A stretch of DNA of 64,000 bases from an uncultured Candidatus Saccharibacteria bacterium. Lineage in GTDB: Bacteria; Patescibacteriota; Minisyncoccia; Portnoybacterales; UBA2143. Made by a program: the position numbers and the translations under genes. This document shows positions 28,334 to 36,490 of this stretch, one piece after another (position 1 is the first letter of the stretch; every line of letters starts with the position of its first letter). Location of the stretch: positions 11,332-75,331 of the forward strand of contig CAZQUN010000002.1 in the NCBI GenBank assembly GCA_964596615.1. The letters are read 5' to 3'. Under the pieces are notes generated by a model. That model ran no database searches. It was not told the origin of the DNA and saw only the letters and a program-made list of their open reading frames with translations.

Positions 28334-29911
28334 ATGACAAGCATGTCAAAAATTAAAGCAGTCGTATATGCTAGGGTTAGTTCTGATGAACAGAAAAAGA
28401 AGGAATTTAGTATTCCCAAAATTCAGATTCCTGAATGTATCAATTATATCAAAGAAGAGGGTTGGCTGTTTGCTGGATCCTATGTGGACGAAGGCTTTGA
28501 TTGTAATGCTTTTGAAAAAAGAGCCGAACTTCAAAGAATGCTTAACGGAGAAACGGATAATTATGATGTGGTTGTCGTTTGGAGCTATGACAGATTAGTC
28601 GGTGATGATGAGAATACCCGGGGCCAAATCTACCATATTTTAGACAGAAACAAAAAACAGATAACTTCGGTCAGACAAAGAGCAAGGATAGTCCCAATTG
28701 ACCAGTATGACCCTAAGAGCTTAGATGTCGCTCAAAGGAGACAAATTACTGATATAGGGGTCAGTTTTGATAGAAAGATTAGGAGGGAGAGGTTTATGGA
28801 ATCAAGAGCCAAGACAGTGGCTAATGGCAGGCATATCTCAGAGCCGCCGTATGGTTATAAACTGATTAGGAAGGTTCACCCAGAGGATAAAAGGAGAACT
28901 ATTGGTTATCGATTAATCAATGAGGATGAATCATTAATTTTAGAAAGGATATTCAAAGAGAGGGCTACTGGCAAGAGTTGTAGGAGGATTGCTTTTGGCC
29001 TAAACGATGATGGAATCAGAACTAGAAAGGGTAAAAATTGGACCAACGCCAGGATAACCTATCTTTTAAAAAATTCTTATCCTTGCGGTCTAATTACTTG
29101 GAATAGGACTACCCAGAGGAAATATGGCGACGAACAGGTAAGAACCTACATCCCAGAAGAAAAATGGCAGTATTTCCCGGTTAATACGGCGGTAGAGAAG
29201 TATTATAAGCCGATTATTAGTAAAGAGTTGTTTGATAAAGTTCAGGAGATTAGACAAAGAAATAGAACAGTGTTAAGAGGAAGCGCTTCGTATAGTAGTA
29301 ATTTTTTGGCCGGTCTTCTGAAATGTCCTGTCTGCGGTCGGCCAATGGTAGAAGCTAGTTTTCGTAAACTCAAGAAAAGCATTCTAAGTTATTATATTTG
29401 TTCTTCTCGTCATAATGACGGGGTTTGTAAGAATAAGAAAAGGATAAGAGCGCCGGAATTGAAAGAAGCAGTGCTTAAAGAGGTAATAAAATACCTGAAT
29501 AATCCAGGCGAGTTTAGAGAATACCAAAAGCAGCAGAAAAAAGATGTGCTTAAGAGAGCGGAGAGAGAGGTACTTATCTATGAGAAAAGATTAGCGAAGA
29601 TGAGATCAAGGATTCATTCGCTGAATTTAAAGTTTATAGATGGAAAAATCAAGGATAGTTATTACAAGCAATTACTGGCCAGTTTAGAAGAAGATGAAGA
29701 AGGATTAAAGAAAATTGTTTCTAGAGAAAAAGAAAAGGTAGAGGATTTTAAGAAAAAAAAGGGGACTATAACGAAGTTAAAAGTATTAAGCAGGGATTTT
29801 CGAAGAAGATTTATGGAGCTGGATAATGTTAAAAGAAAACATATTTTCCATACTTTAATTAGGGAGATAAAGGTTCAGGATGATGAGGTAAAAATATTTT
29901 TTAAGGTTTGA
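28334..29911 (+). CDS. Large serine recombinase (integrase)
   Basis: YARVSS catalytic motif, VWSYDRL, PPYGY recombinase domain, LLKCPVCG...YYIC...C zinc ribbon, coiled coil. Confidence 0.95.
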   Translation: MTSMSKIKAVVYARVSSDEQKKKEFSIPKIQIPECINYIKEEGWLFAGSYVDEGFDCNAFEKRAELQRMLNGETDNYDVVVVWSYDRLVGDDENTRGQIYHILDRNKKQITSVRQRARIVPIDQYDPKSLDVAQRRQITDIGVSFDRKIRRERFMESRAKTVANGRHISEPPYGYKLIRKVHPEDKRRTIGYRLINEDESLILERIFKERATGKSCRRIAFGLNDDGIRTRKGKNWTNARITYLLKNSYPCGLITWNRTTQRKYGDEQVRTYIPEEKWQYFPVNTAVEKYYKPIISKELFDKVQEIRQRNRTVLRGSASYSSNFLAGLLKCPVCGRPMVEASFRKLKKSILSYYICSSRHNDGVCKNKKRIRAPELKEAVLKEVIKYLNNPGEFREYQKQQKKDVLKRAEREVLIYEKRLAKMRSRIHSLNLKFIDGKIKDSYYKQLLASLEEDEEGLKKIVSREKEKVEDFKKKKGTITKLKVLSRDFRRRFMELDNVKRKHIFHTLIREIKVQDDEVKIFFKV

Positions 29912-30361
29912 TTAGTTTTGTCCCGGTGTTGTAAGGAGAAAGTCATATCCAGTATGGATAACTATCGCCGCGATAAGTCCTAGAACAGGCCTTTTTCTTT
30001 TTATAAAATAGCAGATAATCATAGCGGTAATAATCTGGAGTATTGTAGGGGATATACGGACGCTTAGACTATGAACATCTCCTCTGGCAAGGTGCCGAGT
30101 AAAAGATTCTATTCCAGACCAACCCAGTCCAAAGGAAATGCTATAAGGGTTTTCTATTTTCCAACTTTTGATAGATAGGAACTTGCCTAGTTCTTCAGAA
30201 AGTCCGTTAAATAAAGATTCTGTCAGGTGGGCCGATAAAAGAGGCAAGCTACCTAAAGCGTTAAGGCCTGTTATCCTGATAATAAATTCAAAGACTAGGA
30301 ATAGTATTCCGAAGCCGATTATGCCTGCGAGAAAAGCGATCAGAGTATTAATTAGACGCAT
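29912..30361 (-). CDS. PrsW-like intramembrane glutamic protease
   Basis: EELGK, GLGWSGIE, IHTGYD motifs in a multi-TM protein. Confidence 0.65.
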   Translation of the reverse strand: MRLINTLIAFLAGIIGFGILFLVFEFIIRITGLNALGSLPLLSAHLTESLFNGLSEELGKFLSIKSWKIENPYSISFGLGWSGIESFTRHLARGDVHSLSVRISPTILQIITAMIICYFIKRKRPVLGLIAAIVIHTGYDFLLTTPGQN

Positions 30362-30409
30362 TGTTATTTCAGGTTATAATTTACTGAGATGACAAAGTTC
30401 AGATATTTT

Positions 30410-31162
30410 TTAAGGTTTAGCCGAAAAAGATATTGTGTCCTGTCTTTGTTCCAATTTCTTTTCTAAAACCTTTGATATTCCATATTTATACAAATCCTGT
30501 CCAAGCTTTGTTATTGAAAATCGATTCCCATTCCTAAAAGCTATTCCGCTAGCAGAACACAAAGCTTCCATTTCCCAATAATCAAAATCTTTATTTGTTT
30601 CTTTCAATAGTTTGCTAAGCTCATTTATTTTACCGCCACTATTTAAGTAAAACTTAAATTCTGCTCTTGATAAAATAGCTAGATAATTAAATGTTGACTC
30701 TTGAAGGCTTTTCAAACAACTGACAAGCGAGGTAAAACGCTCCCAGTCAATTTTTTTTGATATATAGGCACTGAATAGGTAGGCTAAAATCCTAGATTTT
30801 TTTACTGAGTCTAAGTCTTCGATTATAACTAAAATTTGCTCGGTAATTTTATTTCTGAACTTTTTGTTCTTCTTAAAATTATGTCTAAATTCTTTTAAGG
30901 CTTCTTTGTCTACTTTGTTTGACTTAAACTCACTAAGAAATATCAAAAATTTTTTAATAAAAAATCTTTCTTTCACGGCAACGCCAGTTTTAATAATAGC
31001 AACTAGTGTTTTTACGACCGGAGCCTCTTTTAATAAATCAACATCGAGAAGATTGTCGAGTCCAATTTCGGCATAATCTTTGCTAACATCTAAGCTAGGA
31101 TTAATAATCTCTTTTGAAATATTATTCATTAAAATGTTGTTCATTCTTTTTTTGAGAATCAT
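30410..31162 (-). CDS. Hypothetical protein (element cargo)
   Basis: 250-aa ORF; the start may lie a few codons downstream. Confidence 0.7.
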   Translation of the reverse strand: MILKKRMNNILMNNISKEIINPSLDVSKDYAEIGLDNLLDVDLLKEAPVVKTLVAIIKTGVAVKERFFIKKFLIFLSEFKSNKVDKEALKEFRHNFKKNKKFRNKITEQILVIIEDLDSVKKSRILAYLFSAYISKKIDWERFTSLVSCLKSLQESTFNYLAILSRAEFKFYLNSGGKINELSKLLKETNKDFDYWEMEALCSASGIAFRNGNRFSITKLGQDLYKYGISKVLEKKLEQRQDTISFSAKP

Positions 31163-31224
31163 ATGATTAATTGTGTTTAATTGTTATTAATGATAGTCGA
31201 ATCTTGGAAGAGTAGCAAGTGTTG

Positions 31225-31278
31225 ATTGTTGCCATGGAGTAAGCGGTATGCATATGATTATTATGACCCAAGTTCTTT
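31225..31278 (+). other. attR (element arm 31225-31249, ATGCATAT core 31248-31255, comEC-derived arm)
   Basis: ATTGTTGCCATGGAGTAAGCGGTAT is an inverted repeat of the attL arm. Confidence 0.88.
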
Positions 31279-31976
31279 TATTCTTGGCCTTGGCAATTGG
31301 CCTTTGGCGAAACCAGGCCTTTTATTTTGTCCTAATTATCTTAATTCTTTATATTACCATGATTGGCGCTCCGGCTTCGGCAGTCAGAGCCGGAATTATG
31401 GCCGGATTACTTTTATTAGCTCAAAAAGTTGGTCGCTTACGGAGTGCCAACAGAGCAGTCGTTTTTGCTGCGACAATTATGCTCCTAATTAATCCGCTTT
31501 TATTAAAATCTGATGTTGGTTTTCAATTATCTTTTGTGGCAGTCCTGGGCATTATTTATTTAAAACCCATTTTTGATCAAAAAATATCCAAGTGGCCCAA
31601 CCCATATTTTCTAAAAGATATTTTAACAATGACTTTGGCTGCCCAATTATCAACTCTGCCTATTTTAATTTTTCACTTTGGCCGCCTTTCTTTAATTTCT
31701 CCTTTAGCTAACTTATTAATCGTCCCTTTATTGCCTTTAATAATGATATCAGGAATAATTTTAGTTTTTTCCGGTTTAATTTGGCTGCCTTTGGCTAAAA
31801 TTATTGCTTGGCCAGCCTGGCTTTTATTGAGTTATGTTATTAAAATTATTGATTATCTTTCATTGTTTCCAATACCAGCAATTGAATTTGAAAAAGTTTC
31901 TTTAATAATCCTATCTCTTTATTACCCAATCCTATTATTTTTTATTTGGAGAAATATAAAGGAGCAGGTCTCTTAG
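31248..31976 (+). pseudogene. comEC: comEC 3' part (Competence membrane domain)
   Basis: MH..., G..ASAVRAGIM, NP.LL..DVGFQLSF.AV, P.L..HFG.LS..SPLANL motifs. Confidence 0.92.
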
Positions 31977-32012
31977 ATTAAGCCCTGCTCCTTTCTCGGG
32001 TGGTTCCGAGTT

Positions 32013-32669
32013 TTATCTTCTGAATCCGCGACCTGGCTGCCGCCAGTACGACGGGCATCTCCGCCATCCGTAATCCGGATCCCAGCACCATCGTTCCGGT
32101 GGTAGTTTTGGTTTTTTGTATCGATATGGCTTTGGTTGGATAACAACAAAAGATTCTGTTGGTTTCGGCTCAACAATAATAATGGGGTCTGGTTCAGTAA
32201 TAACAACGGATTCTTGGATCCCCGGCCTAAAAAAATACAGAGTGGCTATACCCTCTTCGAATCTTAACGTAAACACTCCGGTGTACTCGGCGTTTTCGTT
32301 TAGAAAATCGAAGAAATTGGTGTTTGTCGCGGCGGCATAAAATTGAATTTTATGCTGTTGGCTTAATGCTGCCAGAACCTCGAGTTCCTGGAACTTCCCC
32401 CTTATTCCTTTAAGGGTGTGTTTTCTCCCCTGGAAGAAGATTTCGTAAGTAACAAACTGGTTACTTTCTGTTTTTCTTCCCAGGGCTGTAGCGGGAAATG
32501 AATTTCGTATCCCTTGATGATAAGAATCAACCTCATATGTCGAGTCGGCGTATGAGATTACTCCTTTTCCTGTAAGATAAGGAGGAACTCCGGCGATGGC
32601 GGGGAGGCTGTTGTGAAAAAACACCAAGAAAACAATAAAAACACCTAAAATTATTATTCTTCTTTTCAT
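32013..32669 (-). CDS. Secreted hypothetical protein
   Basis: AAGGAG RBS; signal peptide; Pro/Trp-rich C-terminus. Confidence 0.7.
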   Translation of the reverse strand: MKRRIIILGVFIVFLVFFHNSLPAIAGVPPYLTGKGVISYADSTYEVDSYHQGIRNSFPATALGRKTESNQFVTYEIFFQGRKHTLKGIRGKFQELEVLAALSQQHKIQFYAAATNTNFFDFLNENAEYTGVFTLRFEEGIATLYFFRPGIQESVVITEPDPIIIVEPKPTESFVVIQPKPYRYKKPKLPPERWCWDPDYGWRRCPSYWRQPGRGFRR

Positions 32670-32834
32670 GTCAATCTCCTTTTCTGTACTGGGTTTGGGT
32701 TTATGGTTAAAGTTAAAGACCAATATGGTTTAATCTAATATTGCTATAGAAAATAATTTTTGTCAAGATTTGGGATAAAATAAAAAAGCAGGGTTGTTGT
32801 TAACCCTGCCTATTGGGAGATATTTTCTCCCATT

Positions 32835-33068
32835 TTAACCTCCTTTCTGTTCCTGTTTTACGACGATCAAAGGATATTCAGGCTCTGTAATACTTTTGAA
32901 CAGCTCTATCAGAATTTCGCTAAGATCGAATTTCTCCATCTCTTTTGCCTCCTCTTCTCTCATCTTAGCGATGAAATCCGAGATTTCTCCAGCCGTGGCT
33001 GGAGACACCAGAGATAAGAAAATGACGGAGAAAAGAACGATAACTGTGATAACTGCCATGCCTTTCAT
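32835..33068 (-). CDS. Small secreted hypothetical protein
   Basis: GAGGAGG RBS; signal peptide ending ATA. Confidence 0.6.
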   Translation of the reverse strand: MKGMAVITVIVLFSVIFLSLVSPATAGEISDFIAKMREEEAKEMEKFDLSEILIELFKSITEPEYPLIVVKQEQKGG

Positions 33069-33192
33069 GCAAGGTACCTCCTCTTCAAATTTAACCCAAA
33101 TCCGTAATGCCATATTTATATCACATAACCTATGACTTGTCAATGTTTTTGCTTTAGTTTAATAAATTCTTTTTAGGTGATAAAATGTATAT

Positions 33193-34056
33193 ATGTTTGG
33201 TAAAAAAATCACTTTTTCAATTTTAATAGTTCTTTTTGGCGGAACTGTTATTACCTGGTCCGTTATTTTCTCTCTAACTCCAGATAATGTTTTAGAAGTT
33301 GTTTTCTTTGATATTGGCCAGGGTGATAGTATTTTCATTGAAACCCCGAGCAAAAGACAGGTTTTAATTGATGGCGGACCGGATAAAAGTGTTTTGGAAA
33401 AATTGAATGAACAAATGCCTTTTTATGACAGGAAAATTGATTTAATCATCTTAACTCATCCTGATGCTGACCATATTACCGGATTAATTGAAGTTCTGGG
33501 GTATTATCAAATTGGCCATATTTTAACCAGCGGTTTTCAAAAAGACACTGTTGTTTACAATAAATGGAAAAAATTAATTGAAGAAAAGGGCATTCCTTTA
33601 TCTTTGGCCCAAAGCGGCCAAAAAATATTTTTAGAAGAAAATATTGTTTTAGAAATTCTCTGGCCGGACCAAAACTCAATTAAAACAATTTCTTCAGCAA
33701 ATAATGCATCGGTTGTTGGTCGATTGGTCTATGGTCAATCAGAAATTCTTTTAACCGGAGACATAGAGAAGAAAATTGAAAGCCAACTTGTTAGACACTC
33801 GGTGTCTAACAGTTTAGAGTCAGATATTTTGAAAGTACCTCATCATGGGAGCAAAACTTCCGCTAGTTACAATTTTCTCCAAGCAGTTAGTCCGGAAATA
33901 GCGGTTATCTCGGTTGGCGAGGGTAATCGATATAAGCATCCTAGTCAGGATGTTTTAGATCGTTTGGAAAATACAACAATTTACCGGACAGACAAAAATG
34001 GAGACATCGAAGTTTTAACCGACGGATTTTTGATTGAAATAGGAACGGAAAAGTGA
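33193..34056 (+). CDS. ComEC-associated metallo-beta-lactamase-fold protein
   Basis: FFDIGQGDS, LIDGG, LTHPDADHITG, LTGD, KVPHHGS, N.YKHP motifs. Confidence 0.92.
   Translation: MFGKKITFSILIVLFGGTVITWSVIFSLTPDNVLEVVFFDIGQGDSIFIETPSKRQVLIDGGPDKSVLEKLNEQMPFYDRKIDLIILTHPDADHITGLIEVLGYYQIGHILTSGFQKDTVVYNKWKKLIEEKGIPLSLAQSGQKIFLEENIVLEILWPDQNSIKTISSANNASVVGRLVYGQSEILLTGDIEKKIESQLVRHSVSNSLESDILKVPHHGSKTSASYNFLQAVSPEIAVISVGEGNRYKHPSQDVLDRLENTTIYRTDKNGDIEVLTDGFLIEIGTEK
33789..33811. repeat. REP-like palindrome, copy 2, inside a CDS
   Basis: TGTTAGACACTCGGTGTCTAACA, read through as LVRHSVSNS. Confidence 0.7.
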
Positions 34057-34116
34057 TTTGGCAAAGATATATTTTTATGATAGGCTGTTAAGTTAAATAT
34101 AATTAAAGGGAGAAGT

Positions 34117-35202
34117 ATGAAAAAACAAAAGAACGAATTCCCAATTATTAAGACAAAAACAAGAGGAGTTAAAAAGAAATTTGACCTTAATACTCCAGAA
34201 GGTCGGCGAGAATATTTTAACCAGAAAGCCGGGAAAGAAATTGCTCTGCTTAAAAACTATTTTAAAAAGAATAGTTTTATTGCCTATTTCTTGGGCAAAA
34301 AGAATTCAGGTAAGGGGACATATATTAAAATGATGGTTGAAGTTTTCGGAAAAGACAAAATCGGCCATATTTCAGTCGGGGATATAATCAGAGCGGCTCA
34401 CAAAGACATTTTAGACAAGAACAGAAAAAAGGAATTAATAGAGTATTTGAAGAATAATTATCGGGGATATATTTCTCTAGAAGAGGCAATAGATTCTCTG
34501 GTAAGCAGGAAGACGAACGCTCTTATTCCAACCGAATTTACTTTAGTCCTTATTAAGAGAGAGATAGAAAAAATACCAGGGAAGACTCTTTTTGTTGATG
34601 GATTTCCGAGAGAATTAGATCAGATTTCCTATTCTCTATTTTTTAGAGATTTGATTAATTTCAGAAGTGATTTGGATATTTTTGTTGCTATTAATGCTCC
34701 AGAATCAGTTATTGAAGCGAGAATGCAAGGAAGAGTTGTTTGCCCTGTTTGCCAGGTGCCCCGTGGTTTGAAATTTCTTCCAACCAAAGAAGTCGGCTAT
34801 GACGAAGAGAAGAAAGAGTTCTACTGTATTTGCGATAACCCGGATTGTAAGGGGGCTAGAATGATCGGAAAAGAAGGCGACAACCTGGGACTAAAACCCT
34901 TTAGAAAGAGATTAGACACAGACGGACAACTGATAGACAGGGTTTTTGATTTACACGGCGTTCTAAAAGTGTTTTTAAGAAATTCAGTTCCAGTTAACCT
35001 TGCCAAAAAATATGTTGATGACTATGAACTTACCCCTGAATTTAGTTATCAGTGGAATGAGAAAGACAAAAAGGTAAAAAGATCAGAGAAACCATGGATA
35101 ATAAGAGACGACAATGGCAAAAAGATACATAGTTTAATGGCTTCGGCAGTAGTCCTTGGCCTGATTAAGCAATTGACAAGGATTTTAGGACTAAAGAAAT
35201 AA
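34117..35202 (+). CDS. Adenylate kinase-like P-loop protein
   Basis: GKKNSGKGT, HISVGD, DGFPR, CPVC...C..C lid. Confidence 0.8.
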   Translation: MKKQKNEFPIIKTKTRGVKKKFDLNTPEGRREYFNQKAGKEIALLKNYFKKNSFIAYFLGKKNSGKGTYIKMMVEVFGKDKIGHISVGDIIRAAHKDILDKNRKKELIEYLKNNYRGYISLEEAIDSLVSRKTNALIPTEFTLVLIKREIEKIPGKTLFVDGFPRELDQISYSLFFRDLINFRSDLDIFVAINAPESVIEARMQGRVVCPVCQVPRGLKFLPTKEVGYDEEKKEFYCICDNPDCKGARMIGKEGDNLGLKPFRKRLDTDGQLIDRVFDLHGVLKVFLRNSVPVNLAKKYVDDYELTPEFSYQWNEKDKKVKRSEKPWIIRDDNGKKIHSLMASAVVLGLIKQLTRILGLKK

Positions 35203-35455
35203 TTCCTTAAAATTGTCAATATTGACAAATAGGCTTTCTTTTTGGTAGAATGAAAAATGGCTTTGCTGTTCAAGAACTTCTTTAAGATTTCGGATTATAT
35301 TTATAGACTTTGAGTTCTAGTCCGTCTGCCTCGTGGGGTAGAAGGCGGGGCTCTGTTTCTAGGAAAGAGCGAAATTCTTTTAGATGTCCCTTCTTGGCAG
35401 TGAAGCCTTTATTTACGAAAAAAAACACCAGCCGGTGTTGTTTTTTTTATCCCTG

Positions 35456-35529
35456 TCGGGCTGACTGGATTCGAACCAGCGATCCCACGCACCCCATGCG
35501 TGTGCCCTAAGCCGCTAGGCCACAGCCCG
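35456..35529 (-). tRNA. tRNA-Pro(GGG)
   Basis: Cloverleaf; anticodon arm CACGC-ATGGGGT-GCGTG; overlaps the rpmB 3' end. Confidence 0.92.
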
Positions 35530-35760
35530 CTTTTTGGTTGTTTTTGGCTTGGTTTCTTTTTCGGCCTTCGGTTTTTTGACCTTGCTCAGTGTTTTAATGC
35601 ATTTAGTGCAGGCCTTAACCCGTTTACCATCACTAAGACGAACCCATTGTAAATTGGGGTATTTCCTTTTTTTACCGGTTGGGTTATACTGACCACGAAG
35701 CTTTTTTCGAATAACCGCTACCATTGATTTCTTGCCGCAGATTGAACATCTCCTAGACAT
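35515..35760 (-). CDS. rpmB: 50S ribosomal protein L28
   Basis: MSRRCSICGK...PNLQ...KACTKCIK. Confidence 0.92.
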   Translation of the reverse strand: MSRRCSICGKKSMVAVIRKKLRGQYNPTGKKRKYPNLQWVRLSDGKRVKACTKCIKTLSKVKKPKAEKETKPKTTKKRAVA

Positions 35761-35801
35761 AATTGCCTATTCTAGCATTTAATTTTTAATTTATCAAGTT
35801 T

Positions 35802-36416
35802 ATGGATTTTGTTACTTTAATCTTCCAACTGGCAATTCTGCTTATGTCAGTTGTTATTCATGAATTCGCTCATGGCTGGATGGCTCTTTATCTGGGCGAT
35901 CCGACCGCCAGAAATTTTGGTCGGCTGACATTAAATCCAATCAAACATTTGGATTTTTTCGGGTCTCTGCTCGTCCCTCTTTTTTTAGTCATTGTCAGAA
36001 GCCCCTTTGTCTTTGGCTGGGCCAAGCCGGTTCCATACAATCCCCATAATCTTCGTGACCAAAAGTACGGTCCGGCCAAAGTCGCGATTGCCGGACCATC
36101 AGCTAATCTTTTGGTCGCCCTTATCTTCGGCTTGGTTCTTCGCTTTATGCCGGAAGGAATTCTGGCTTCAACCGGACTGTTTCAGATTTTGAGCATTATT
36201 GTTTTTATTAACATTCTTTTAGCCGTCTTTAATTTAATTCCGATTCCGCCGCTTGATGGCTCTAAACTTCTTTTTGCTTTTCTTCCGGCCTCTCTGGATA
36301 ATATTAGAATAGCTCTGGAGCGATATGGAACATTTATTCTTCTCCTCTTCATTATTTTCGCTTTTCAGTGGATTATTCCCCTAGTTTTTTTCATCTTTCA
36401 ACTCTTAGTTGGTTAA
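35802..36416 (+). CDS. Site-2 protease (M50)
   Basis: HEFAH, GDPT, AGP, NLIPIPPLDG motifs. Confidence 0.93.
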   Translation: MDFVTLIFQLAILLMSVVIHEFAHGWMALYLGDPTARNFGRLTLNPIKHLDFFGSLLVPLFLVIVRSPFVFGWAKPVPYNPHNLRDQKYGPAKVAIAGPSANLLVALIFGLVLRFMPEGILASTGLFQILSIIVFINILLAVFNLIPIPPLDGSKLLFAFLPASLDNIRIALERYGTFILLLFIIFAFQWIIPLVFFIFQLLVG

Positions 36417-36490
36417 AATATTTCACCATTAAAACAAAAACCCCTCTTCCTCCAAGAAGGGGTTTTTGTTCTCAGGCAGAGAGCCTTTCT

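Larger units (their letters stand above)
17886..31255. mobile_element. Integrated satellite/IME-like element with a large serine recombinase, inserted in comEC (predicted circle 13,362 bp)
   Basis: Splits comEC in frame; direct-repeat core; att inverted arms; recombinase, Rep-like, TerS-like and defence cargo. Confidence 0.92.

Noticed and set aside
17886-31255. Complete prophage or conjugative ICE
   Set aside because: No recognisable capsid, portal, large terminase, tail, relaxase or T4SS genes between the att sites
31977-34056. Second disruption of comEC between the membrane domain and the MBL domain
   Set aside because: The MBL gene has its own promoter, start and TM anchor, no att-like repeat is visible, and two-gene ComEC is a normal arrangement
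35310-35510. 66-aa ORF, and ORFs 37737-37928, 37754-37936 and 45328-45516
   Set aside because: They overlap tRNA genes and terminators and are likely spurious
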